From a virus, in IMG/VR virus record IMGVR_UViG_3300046820_002290, positions 1-64,000 of that record: a stretch of 64,000 bases of DNA. One strand, given 5' to 3'. A model generated the notes under the pieces. That model was not told where the DNA came from. It saw only the letters and a list, made by a program, of their open reading frames with translations, and ran no database searches. The translations under genes and the position numbers were made by a program. Shown one piece after another: positions 53,101 through 61,520 of the stretch. The first letter of the stretch is position 1. Every line of letters starts with the position of its first letter.

Positions 53101-55131
53101 GCTGAGCTTGTCGCAGACTCGTGGCAAGGTGTTGTTCCCGACCCTTACTATGATTACTATGTGAATGGGGTGCCCGCACCCTACAATGTCAACCTGTCCT
53201 ACATGCGTGGCGCCGTAGTTCCTTACACAGAATTCGCACCGCAGTTCCAGGTGGATGATGACGACAGCTCTCCCGATCTAGGTATTATTTTCAAGAGGGA
53301 GCCGATAGATGCTTCCCAAACTCCGATGGTGACCGCATCCAAGGTGATGCAAACCGCCATCCCTATGTCTTCCCCCTTCGTAGCTTCCCCCACCCGTGGG
53401 CGTCCCGAGATCATTCAGTTCGAGGTTCTCCAAGTCCAGCAAATCATGCTGCCTAAGGAAGGAGTCAGCATTCTTCAACTTACTAAAACAGGTGAAGACT
53501 GGGTGGAATATGTGCGGGTAGTTTCGGTTAATTCGAATGTCATTCAAGCCATTCGAAACTATTACCCTGAATATTCACAAGGAAACCTCCCGATACAGTG
53601 GCCCGCAGGCACTACCGTGAAAGTTTGCGTTAGCACGGGTTATCCGGAGCCCTCTATCTATGACCCCGATTGGGCTGTAACCAAGGCGACCATGTTCCGC
53701 TTCTTCCAGCTGATGGGTTATGCTCCGAGCAAAGTGGCATCTTACTTGACCCCTCGCTACTACGGGGAGAGAAATCTGCAGATTAACTCTTTACCTTTTT
53801 CCCCTATCGGCGGCTACGCAAACATCACCACTGCGTGGCCAATCGAGTTTAACAACCCGTCTGCCATCATCGCTAACACTCACACCTGGGAGTATGTGGG
53901 TTACTTTGATTATTCTCGAGGTCTTCCGAAGTATCAAGTCAATGAGATTTCCAAGAAACTCTCTTACGACTATTTATGCACAACCTCCTGGGGTGGCCGT
54001 CTTACCGTCATGGGTGCTAATGAGACTGGGCAACTGGTTTTCCTGGGCCCCGTCAGAGAGGCGCTCACAGGACAATTCTATGTCACAGAGAGCCCACTCT
54101 CGTATGCCGCCGACCGTCAAGTTTACCGCACTCCCGACCCCGTGGCATTCCCCAACCCAGTCTTGGTTTACTCAGTCGACGACATTTCGGGAGGGTTCAA
54201 CGGGGTGGACAACACGTTCAACCTTACTCGGGGCGGCTACAACATCCCGACTTCGCAGCTTTCTACTTACGGTGTGTTCGTCTTCCTCGGCGGCGTGGTC
54301 CAAAAACCGGGAGAAGCTTACTCCATTCTTGGCGAGTCCGCTGGCGTCACGATCCCTCGAATCGTCTTTACGGAAGCCCCTCTCGCTGGCACCAGCTGCG
54401 ACATTCGCATCGTTTCGTCGGACGACGCAGAAGAGACTGTGGAAGTTGTGCCGTTTGCTTTGAGCCCCGCGTTTGACGGTGCACAGACAACCTTTGCAGC
54501 TGGCCCCTCAGAACCTACGTTATCCAACCTTAACGCTTTTGTTTTCTTGGGCGGCGTTGAACAAACTCCGGGAGGTGCCCCCCTGCAAAACTCCCCTGCT
54601 TACACCATCCTGAGCAATCCCACCTCGGTGGCCTTCACCGGTTCGCCTTCCGCCGGCACAGTGCTTGACATGCGTGGAATCCTTTCTGGATCCCGTTACC
54701 GGAACGCCGGGGTGTCCACTGTGTTCGTATCCTCTGTTGACGACATTTCCACTCTTTTCAACAGCACTCAAACGAAATTCCCTCTTACAATTGGCGGCGT
54801 AGCACTTGATCCTAATAAAGTGAACGCCCAGAATATGTTTGTAAGTCTTGGTGGCGTCATGCAGATTCCGGTCACTCAAGCCGGAGACCCACTGGCCGGC
54901 CTTGCGTACACCGTTGGCGTGGACTCGGTGACAAATGTTCTTGAGATCACATTTGCAACTCCCCCGGCCATCGGCACTCTTTGCAACATCAGGGTCATCA
55001 CCTCTGACGAATTCCTGACTTGCCCGCTTCCCTCTGAACTGCTGGACAACTCCCTGCAGGATGGCCCAGGAATCATCATCAATGATCAAAACCAGATCAT
55101 TTCGATTGATCCGGGATTAATTCAACCCTGA
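50197..55131 (+). CDS. large virion structural / tail spike-like protein
   Basis: Mtd-like N-terminus, PFITINRA, LPRGVSIIGLDL; three C-terminal F(N/D)G..TF..VFLGGV.Q.P..AY..F..P repeats. Confidence 0.78.
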   Translation: MSATKIIFKRSSLLGKRPTDANLEPGEIGLNTNSNDPGLFFETNNGSVVKAGPTAYLAEAPTQTPARGELWVDRDTKAMSIGDDAGKWQKVAAPYLGGTDGLTVFVAPEFPNATDSLANDGQTVPFITINRAILEVTKNIIQDALSGVATGNNRYLIILAPGQHCVVNRPGVSTTNFTVNFSNPYQEVTQDDLAQFNPESVGGLILPRGVSIIGLDLKKCEIHPTYVPKYTHPAFPPGYRQQVNGPEYSNQPLSSIFRWSGNTYVSNFTGLDKIDYRIGTQVFKQDGTNWAIIKTERPHGLDFNDFVQINYTDSTDQAPNLFLPGAYYVNPINSYEFLVSGGPWGGANQNPVLAANMPSSYFSTEIGPTSKFRIWNIYPYYIPADGESYEFSSYSHHRLSFIKNASLEQLNNFYIKVQKAFPGVFGGQVNTDLVSPAEYEIVAPAINDYPNNLPANSTDNSSPYQNSVNHRSDYGMANGDYDGNLVSGFKSVIVNASTAVILQKDPAAYSIYSSTPQDWIQLTEYTQQSLGGADLITSIPTQKQLEILNNANIPNIRYYYTTLTVTDPDSGAQKSIGVPDPDNDFRHFGFRIEGPNSYMQAQSTYTIGAAIACWTKYGAIMSLTNATTNFGSVAFQAEGFAGLGTLGGANTINKGFLLSGIVRPLRLLEDSVVSDEQKRILFLGSKVVGVGTDPLDPGVQLIYLQRPFDPASILPFSLKPGSAVYTSDGVCSFRAFFVTDGTPTCILSASAGQNPYSEFGAILRVRSSDSTIPGGAVNNLDIPYIRRYVDPRTPAEKSYGFYTQSTNPTSQAPQLGSVLRLNQTGQNLSNSIKRNFQFDPGIYGGIAQVFTVDYVETEQYSVSANFNYKVADASQAVNYVVYASLTDATTPWVQSVPSDPTDFTSDFVPAYNPQGSYITYQNKNYYAAENNLWTSLYYETSFNALNGPTKVSPDKSDSPFVITSVLENAELVADSWQGVVPDPYYDYYVNGVPAPYNVNLSYMRGAVVPYTEFAPQFQVDDDDSSPDLGIIFKREPIDASQTPMVTASKVMQTAIPMSSPFVASPTRGRPEIIQFEVLQVQQIMLPKEGVSILQLTKTGEDWVEYVRVVSVNSNVIQAIRNYYPEYSQGNLPIQWPAGTTVKVCVSTGYPEPSIYDPDWAVTKATMFRFFQLMGYAPSKVASYLTPRYYGERNLQINSLPFSPIGGYANITTAWPIEFNNPSAIIANTHTWEYVGYFDYSRGLPKYQVNEISKKLSYDYLCTTSWGGRLTVMGANETGQLVFLGPVREALTGQFYVTESPLSYAADRQVYRTPDPVAFPNPVLVYSVDDISGGFNGVDNTFNLTRGGYNIPTSQLSTYGVFVFLGGVVQKPGEAYSILGESAGVTIPRIVFTEAPLAGTSCDIRIVSSDDAEETVEVVPFALSPAFDGAQTTFAAGPSEPTLSNLNAFVFLGGVEQTPGGAPLQNSPAYTILSNPTSVAFTGSPSAGTVLDMRGILSGSRYRNAGVSTVFVSSVDDISTLFNSTQTKFPLTIGGVALDPNKVNAQNMFVSLGGVMQIPVTQAGDPLAGLAYTVGVDSVTNVLEITFATPPAIGTLCNIRVITSDEFLTCPLPSELLDNSLQDGPGIIINDQNQIISIDPGLIQP

Positions 55132-55134
55132 ACA

Positions 55135-55142
55135 GGGTAAAA
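55135..55142 (+). promoter_or_regulatory. GGGTAAAA box
   Basis: Upstream of ORF 55193. Confidence 0.75.
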
Positions 55143-55192
55143 GTTGCTATCAACCTTCAGGGTCTACCTGATTGTAGTGACATTTAGTCAAA

Positions 55193-55699
55193 ATGGCAAC
55201 GAACAAAGTTACACCCATTCAAGTCCTTCGGTCTGAAGTCCTTAACAAACGCCCCGATCCAACTAAAATGTTGGCGGGGCAACCTGCGGTAAATATTGCC
55301 GCCGCACAACCGGGTTTATTTTTTGCCGATGACACTGGCAACGCCCTCTTCAAGGTGGGGCCTTGCACTGTAGGCACATTGCCCCCGAATGACCCTTTGA
55401 TCGCCCCTGTTGGGGCCCCCGGTAACACGGTTGGAGAACTTTGGTTGGACCTGAACGGAGACCCCCCGTTGTTCCCAGGCCCTGTGCTTAAGGTCTGGGA
55501 TGGTGTTAACTGGGTCAACTGCTTCCCGTCGCCAACGATTTACGCAACTCCGATTATCTCAGATACGGCACCCGCTCTGGTTTCCCATCCAAATGGGACT
55601 CTGTGGTGGGACTCAAGTAGCGGTCTCATGTATATTCTTTACCAAGATACCGCTGGAACACGCCAGTGGACACAAGTTTCTGGCAACCCCGTGCCTTGA
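55193..55699 (+). CDS. small fibre-associated protein
   Basis: N-terminus paralogous to ORF 50197 (KRP..GxxxxN...PGLFF..G...K.GP); GELWLD, GTLWWDS. Confidence 0.7.
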   Translation: MATNKVTPIQVLRSEVLNKRPDPTKMLAGQPAVNIAAAQPGLFFADDTGNALFKVGPCTVGTLPPNDPLIAPVGAPGNTVGELWLDLNGDPPLFPGPVLKVWDGVNWVNCFPSPTIYATPIISDTAPALVSHPNGTLWWDSSSGLMYILYQDTAGTRQWTQVSGNPVP

Positions 55700-55702
55700 G
55701 CC

Positions 55703-55710
55703 GGGTAAAA
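55703..55710 (+). promoter_or_regulatory. GGGTAAAA box
   Basis: Motif starts 39 nt before ATG 55742. Confidence 0.78.
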
Positions 55711-55741
55711 CCAATTAACAGGACCCGAGAGCGAAGAACTA

Positions 55742-58700
55742 ATGGCCGGCATCCCCCCGTTTAATTCACAGGATCCAATCCCAAACACTCCCTTTTATAA
55801 CCCTGACGCAAACCGTTATAACCTGTCCTACCCAACAGGACAACTGGTCTTTGGTAGCTATTTGTTTGTAGACTACACGACTGGTAACGTATATATTTCC
55901 CCCAACCCTCCAAATAACGGTACTGTCCGGCAAGTTACTGCTGGTGCAGGTCTTGAGACATCCCCTGCCTCGGGTATCACAACTGCTGGAAGCATCGGTC
56001 TTAAGGCGATTTCAACTTTAACTCCGGGATCCTACACCTATCCGACCGTGGCGGTGAACGGATATGGTCAAATCACCCTGGCCGCTAACGGTAATCCTCC
56101 GCTGGTTACCCTGGTAGGCACCGCCCCCATTTACGTTACCGGTACAAACCCGATCCGCAACGTAGGGATCCTGCAAGCAAGTCTTGCTGCTCCCGGCGCA
56201 GTGCAGCTGACGGATGACGTATTTTCGACAAGTACAATCACGGCTCTTACCGCACTCCAGGGATACAGCCTGGGGTCCCAAATGTCGATCATCGGGTCTT
56301 CTTTGGCAGGGCAGTATTTTGCTGGTGCCATCAACCCTGCGACAGGGAATCTCACTTTCGTTTCCCCTGATGGATTAGCAGCGGGTGGTCTAACAGTTGG
56401 AAGTCCTCTTCCTGCTGCCTCAGCAACTTACAAGAAAGCCTACTTCACCATTACAGCAGACGGCACATACACACCCCCTGGCGGTGTTGCCACAGCGGTG
56501 GTAAAGAACGACCGTGTTTACTGCATCAACAACACTTGGCAGATTATTCTCTGCGGGCAGCGCCTTGTACCCGCATCCACCACGGTATTCGGCACAACAG
56601 TACTTTCTACCGCTGCTGAAGTCCAAGCTCTCACTGAACCCAACAAATCTGTTACTCCGGCTGGTCTCACCATTATGGTAGCTTCGGAGACCCAGGTAGG
56701 TTTTGTCGAGCTTGCTACCGACGCTGAGACTCAGGCATTTACCGACAACACTCGTGCAATCACGTCCTCAAACCTCGGAACTCTCAATGCAACTACCGCC
56801 ACTCGTGGACTTGTTCTTCTAAGTGACTCGGTTTCGGACCCGTCGGTGACAAGCGCACCGACCGCAAACGCTCTGAAGACATATGTTGATTCCTCGCTAG
56901 ATACTGCCACGGTAACAGCCAAAGGCGATCTGATTGTTGGTCTCGGATTTGAGACCCCCGGTATTCTCCCTCTGGGCGACAACGGTTCGGTTCTTACCGT
57001 TGACGATACCAAGCCCACGCAAGGAAGCATGGACTGGACTAGCCGTGATTCCCTTAACTCCTGGCCCGTAGGTTCTATTATTTGGCAACTGGCTACCACC
57101 CCCCTTGGCGGCGTGTGGATGGAGTGCGACGGTCGCCTTCTCGACGCAAGCATCACAGGGCCTTACTACAACCTTTACGAGCTAATCGGTACCACTTACA
57201 ACCAACCTGGCGACGCTGCTGGTTTCTTCCGAGTTCCTGATCTTCGCGGCATGTTCGTTCGTGGCTGGAGCGGTGCGGGCCCCAACCCCGTTCCAACGGC
57301 TCTCGACCCTGCTCGTACATTTGCCAGCACACAGAGCAGTGCGTACAAGCAGCACCTGCACACGGTCACTGATCCTGGTCACATTCACGACTTTGACCTC
57401 ATTCAGCACCAGCACACGAGCAATTCTTCGACTGTTCAACACCTTCACGGTGCAACTAGCAACCATTCCCACAATCTCGACGGATTTCCGAATGCGGAAG
57501 TTGTAGGAGATCAAGCGGGATATTACGATGGAAACGCACAGTGGGGGGCCCCTTCGGGACCAAATTCAAACAGCCCGACAACAGGTATTATTGTTAATAA
57601 CTCTCTTACCGGTATAACTCTTCAGAGTAAAGTTACAGGTATTACGGTTAACACCGTAACCACCGGCCTCACCGTTGACAACTCTCCCCCGACGGCTCCA
57701 GTACCTGACGAGACTCGCCCCTACAACATTGCCCTGCTCCCTGTAATCAAGTACGGCAACGTTCCTGCTGGCCCTACGCCGCCTACGCCAACACCCCCCG
57801 TTCCGACTTACGTCGTCAATACAACGCCTACGGCAGCTACCGAAAATACCGTTATCACGACGACCATCACAACAGCCAACGTGTCGAATGGCACTACCCT
57901 GTACTGGCAAATGTCAGGAACGGGGATCGTTGGCGCATTCTTCACCTCTGGCAGCTTAGTCGGAAGCACCACGGTTGCAGCAAATTCCGCCTCGTTCACT
58001 CAAACTCTGGCTGCCTCGCTGCCTGGACCGGGCCCTTACACCCTGTCTATCGACATTTACTCCGATTCCGCACGCTCCGTGCAGGTGGGTACCACCAGCC
58101 TTGTAATCGCGATTACACCTGGCGTAACCCCGAGTACACCTCAACTCGGTTCTTACATCGACCTTTGGCAGTATCGAAACACAGACGCTACCTATCCGTT
58201 CACAGCAAACAGCGGCCTCAACCCTGTTGTTCGTGCAAGTAACATCTCTGCCAATGCTCTGTCCTTGTTGAACAAGTTCTACCTGCTGGCTGAAGTTCAA
58301 ATCAATGGACTTGACAGCAAGCTTTACTTCGGTGCCCCAACAGGGTTCCCTGCCGCTGCGCAAGTTCTCAACGCCGCTGGCACAGACTGGAACACCAACA
58401 CCGGTAGTGCTAACGGCACCTATGTGAGCCCCACAAACCCTGATTACACCTACTCGGCTTGGGCTCTCAAGAACACGAATGCCTACATGGATACCCAGTC
58501 GGTCTCTAAGGCTAACTTTATGTTGTCAATCGGCGGTTACAACCTGTCCAATAACATGGACCTGGCAGGTGCAAGTGTAGCCCAGGCAAATGCCGCCGCT
58601 GCTCAAATCGTTACCCTGATGAACCTTTGCGGTGCCAAAGGTGTCGACATTGACTACGAACCGGTGGGCATCACTTGTAACCCTGCGCGTATGGCAACGC

Positions 58701-59398
58701 TGATGCAAGCCATTTACAACGCTGTCAAGGCTTACAACGCTTCCTACGAGGTTCATCTGACTCTGATTCCGTCCCTGTCGGTTGCTGACCCTGACCTGAA
58801 GATTGCTACCGCAGTCGCCTGCCAAGCTTACGCCGACCAAATCAACGTTATGACTTACGATGATCCTAGTAATCTCAGTCAGCCTCTGTATGAACCCGGT
58901 GGAGTCACTGTTTACAACCATACTGGCGTAGCCCGCTCGGTTCAAAGTATTCAGTGGTTCATCGACGCCGGTGTCTCCCGCTCGAAGCTTGGTATGGGTA
59001 TTGCCCAGTACGGCCGCAATACCTCCAATCCTTCGGCTGCATTCAACGCTGCTAACCCAGTGCCTTACAGCCAGATTGTTGCCTCGGCAAATGCCGCTGG
59101 TCAAATCACAAACTCCTTCCCTCTTGGCCGCTACTTCGGTGCCGTCAAGATTCAAAACCCTGCCCCAACAAATCAAACCGACTACTACAGCCCCACTTAC
59201 ACAGCCCTCTGGGGCTTCGACTCGGTGGACACCATCCAAGACAAGGTCGAGTCCGCTTCGGATATGGGTCTCCGTGCCGTGTTTACCTGGCAGATCTCCA
59301 ACGACTACGCCGATCCCGCATCGCCGAATCCCCCCGGAGACGCACGAGCCAACTTCGCTCTGCTTGCCGCCGCCCGCGACGCCATCACGAATCTGTAA
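55742..59398 (+). CDS. tail fibre with collar domain and C-terminal GH18 chitinase-like glycosidase
   Basis: Collar PVGSII..CDG..FRVPDLRGMFVRG; GH18 LSIGG, GVDIDYE, INVMTYD, KLGMGIAQYGR, FTWQISND. Confidence 0.85.
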   Translation: MAGIPPFNSQDPIPNTPFYNPDANRYNLSYPTGQLVFGSYLFVDYTTGNVYISPNPPNNGTVRQVTAGAGLETSPASGITTAGSIGLKAISTLTPGSYTYPTVAVNGYGQITLAANGNPPLVTLVGTAPIYVTGTNPIRNVGILQASLAAPGAVQLTDDVFSTSTITALTALQGYSLGSQMSIIGSSLAGQYFAGAINPATGNLTFVSPDGLAAGGLTVGSPLPAASATYKKAYFTITADGTYTPPGGVATAVVKNDRVYCINNTWQIILCGQRLVPASTTVFGTTVLSTAAEVQALTEPNKSVTPAGLTIMVASETQVGFVELATDAETQAFTDNTRAITSSNLGTLNATTATRGLVLLSDSVSDPSVTSAPTANALKTYVDSSLDTATVTAKGDLIVGLGFETPGILPLGDNGSVLTVDDTKPTQGSMDWTSRDSLNSWPVGSIIWQLATTPLGGVWMECDGRLLDASITGPYYNLYELIGTTYNQPGDAAGFFRVPDLRGMFVRGWSGAGPNPVPTALDPARTFASTQSSAYKQHLHTVTDPGHIHDFDLIQHQHTSNSSTVQHLHGATSNHSHNLDGFPNAEVVGDQAGYYDGNAQWGAPSGPNSNSPTTGIIVNNSLTGITLQSKVTGITVNTVTTGLTVDNSPPTAPVPDETRPYNIALLPVIKYGNVPAGPTPPTPTPPVPTYVVNTTPTAATENTVITTTITTANVSNGTTLYWQMSGTGIVGAFFTSGSLVGSTTVAANSASFTQTLAASLPGPGPYTLSIDIYSDSARSVQVGTTSLVIAITPGVTPSTPQLGSYIDLWQYRNTDATYPFTANSGLNPVVRASNISANALSLLNKFYLLAEVQINGLDSKLYFGAPTGFPAAAQVLNAAGTDWNTNTGSANGTYVSPTNPDYTYSAWALKNTNAYMDTQSVSKANFMLSIGGYNLSNNMDLAGASVAQANAAAAQIVTLMNLCGAKGVDIDYEPVGITCNPARMATLMQAIYNAVKAYNASYEVHLTLIPSLSVADPDLKIATAVACQAYADQINVMTYDDPSNLSQPLYEPGGVTVYNHTGVARSVQSIQWFIDAGVSRSKLGMGIAQYGRNTSNPSAAFNAANPVPYSQIVASANAAGQITNSFPLGRYFGAVKIQNPAPTNQTDYYSPTYTALWGFDSVDTIQDKVESASDMGLRAVFTWQISNDYADPASPNPPGDARANFALLAAARDAITNL

Positions 59399-59401
59399 AC
59401 C

Positions 59402-59409
59402 GGGTAAAA
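59402..59409 (+). promoter_or_regulatory. GGGTAAAA box
   Basis: Motif starts 42 nt before ATG 59444. Confidence 0.78.
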
Positions 59410-59443
59410 CCCCTTAACTTGCCTCCTCAACGATATAACGAAC

Positions 59444-61462
59444 ATGGCCATCGTTCCGTTTAACCCTAATAACGAAGTCATCCCGATTCCCAATAACCCG
59501 TTTTATTGGCCCCAAGAATCGGCGTTCCAGACCCCGCAAGGTCCCCTTATCTTTGGGGCAGGCTTCTCCGTTGATTACAATACCGGTGTCGTAAGTGTTG
59601 ATCCGGCACCTCCGGCGTCCACGGGTACGGTAACTTCTGTTACCGCTGGCGCTGGCTTGATCACAAGTCCTTTCGCCGGTATTACAACAGTCGGTCAAGT
59701 TTCGCTCGCAACTGTCCCCGGCGTTGTTCCCGGAACTTACACTTATGCGGCGTTTAGTGTTGACTCTTATGGCCGCATCACATCGGCTGCAAGTGGAGTA
59801 GCTCCCGTTCAAACACTAAGTGGAATCTACCCAATCAACGTTACTGGAGCTGCGCCCTCCCTTACTGTATCAATCGCTGCCGGAACTACCGCAAACGCGG
59901 GTGCCGTTCAGCTGGTTGACAACGTAAGCACCCCGTCCAACACACTCGCCCTGACTGCCAACCAAGGGTACCTTCTTCAAAACCAAATCAACGCAATTGC
60001 TGGAACAGCCAACATCCAATTCCTGGCTGGTACTCTCAACGCTGCCACAGGTAATGTTGTTACTGCGACTGCCGAAGGTAACACCGCAGGCATCTTGGCT
60101 GGTAGTCCCCTGCCTGCCGCAAGCGGCACAAACATCGGTGCTACTCTCCTGATTACAACTGCCGCCACCTACACACCTCCTGGCGGTACTGCGGTTAGCG
60201 TAGTTCCTGGCGACCAACTCCTGAGCGACGGCACAAACTGGGTTTACTTCCAGACCGGTTTCCGTGCTCCTTACGCCACCACCACCACTGCCGGCATCGT
60301 TCGTTACGCCACTGTTGCTGAGACACAGGCACTGGCCGATAATACCATTGCCGTGACACCTTTTGGTCTGTCCGGAATGGTTGCCTCGACCACTCAGCGT
60401 GGTTTCGTTGAGTTGGCTGACGCTGCAGAGACTCAACTGCTTGCCGACACCACTCGTGCTGTCACCCCTGCAGGACTCGGTACTCTTCAGGCTACCACAA
60501 CTTCTCGCGGTATCGTTCAACTGAATGATACACTGACAAGCACTTCGACCACGCTGGCCCCAACTGCTCGTGCGCTCAAACAAGCTTTCGATGAGTCGAT
60601 TCACAATAACATTATTCAAGCTAACGGCGATCTAATCGTTGGCCAAGCTGCTGCAGACCCTCAAATCCTTCCAAAGGGTTCGAACGGTCAGGTTCTCACG
60701 GTAGACAATACCGCTTCCTTGGGTGTATCTTGGCAGACGCCAATCGCCCCTGAGTCCACTCCGGTTGGCTCGGTGTGCTGGTTCACAACTGATGATCCTG
60801 CCAAGCTCCCCGTGGGCTGGTTGGTTGCAGATGGCTCTTCTTACGGTGTTGACTCTTCCAACCCCTACTATCCGCTGTACCAAGTAATCGGTACAACTTT
60901 CACCCCTCCCGCCGATCCTCCGGGAACTTTCCGTGTCCCCGATCTTCGCGGTCAGTTCATTCGTGGTTGGAACGACGCCGGCACTCAAGGTCCTGGAAAC
61001 CTGGATCCCGGTCGTGCTTTTGGCTCCTGTCAAGCAGACGCCTATCAACAGCACTCACACTCGGTAACTGATCCTGGCCACATCCACGCGATTACTGATC
61101 CGGGCCACAACCACCTTATTACTGATCCTGGGCATACGCACACTGTTACCGATCCCGGTCATAGCCACCAGTTCAATGTCCCCAACTCCGAAGTTGTGGG
61201 CGATCAAGCTGGCTTCTACGACGGTAACAACAAGCGAGGGAACAGAGGTGCGGGCACTACAAACAGCAGTGCAAATGTTTCTATCAACAACGCAACAACA
61301 GGCGTGACAATCAACACCGCTCTCACCGGTATCACCCAAACAATCATCTGCACCACTGGACTCACAGTTAATAACTCTCCCGCCAGCGCTCCGGTTCCCA
61401 ACGAGACTCGTCCTACAAACTTCTCACTACTCCCTATCATCAAGTACCGGGATCCTGTCTGA
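59444..61462 (+). CDS. tail fibre with collar domain and HxH needle
   Basis: Paralog of ORF 55742 residues ~1-680; FRVPDLRGQFIRGW, ETRPTNFSLLPIIK. Confidence 0.85.
   Translation: MAIVPFNPNNEVIPIPNNPFYWPQESAFQTPQGPLIFGAGFSVDYNTGVVSVDPAPPASTGTVTSVTAGAGLITSPFAGITTVGQVSLATVPGVVPGTYTYAAFSVDSYGRITSAASGVAPVQTLSGIYPINVTGAAPSLTVSIAAGTTANAGAVQLVDNVSTPSNTLALTANQGYLLQNQINAIAGTANIQFLAGTLNAATGNVVTATAEGNTAGILAGSPLPAASGTNIGATLLITTAATYTPPGGTAVSVVPGDQLLSDGTNWVYFQTGFRAPYATTTTAGIVRYATVAETQALADNTIAVTPFGLSGMVASTTQRGFVELADAAETQLLADTTRAVTPAGLGTLQATTTSRGIVQLNDTLTSTSTTLAPTARALKQAFDESIHNNIIQANGDLIVGQAAADPQILPKGSNGQVLTVDNTASLGVSWQTPIAPESTPVGSVCWFTTDDPAKLPVGWLVADGSSYGVDSSNPYYPLYQVIGTTFTPPADPPGTFRVPDLRGQFIRGWNDAGTQGPGNLDPGRAFGSCQADAYQQHSHSVTDPGHIHAITDPGHNHLITDPGHTHTVTDPGHSHQFNVPNSEVVGDQAGFYDGNNKRGNRGAGTTNSSANVSINNATTGVTINTALTGITQTIICTTGLTVNNSPASAPVPNETRPTNFSLLPIIKYRDPV
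61052..61168 (+). repeat. 27-nt tandem repeats encoding HxHxxTDPG
   Basis: Five HxH motifs. Confidence 0.85.
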
Positions 61463-61483
61463 TTAGCCCGAACCCCAAACCAC

Positions 61484-61491
61484 GGGTAAAA
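61484..61491 (+). promoter_or_regulatory. GGGTAAAA box
   Basis: Motif starts 37 nt before ATG 61521. Confidence 0.78.
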
Positions 61492-61520
61492 CCAGTCAAG
61501 CTGAAGATTTGGTCGTCACT

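Noticed and set aside
18906-61520. Track start positions 18906, 33554, 34656, 44890, 47475, 48442 and 61509
   Set aside because: They overlap upstream genes or promoter elements, or use weak start codons; downstream ATGs (19047, 33581, 34710, 44971, 47493, 48529, 61521) fit RBS or box spacing better
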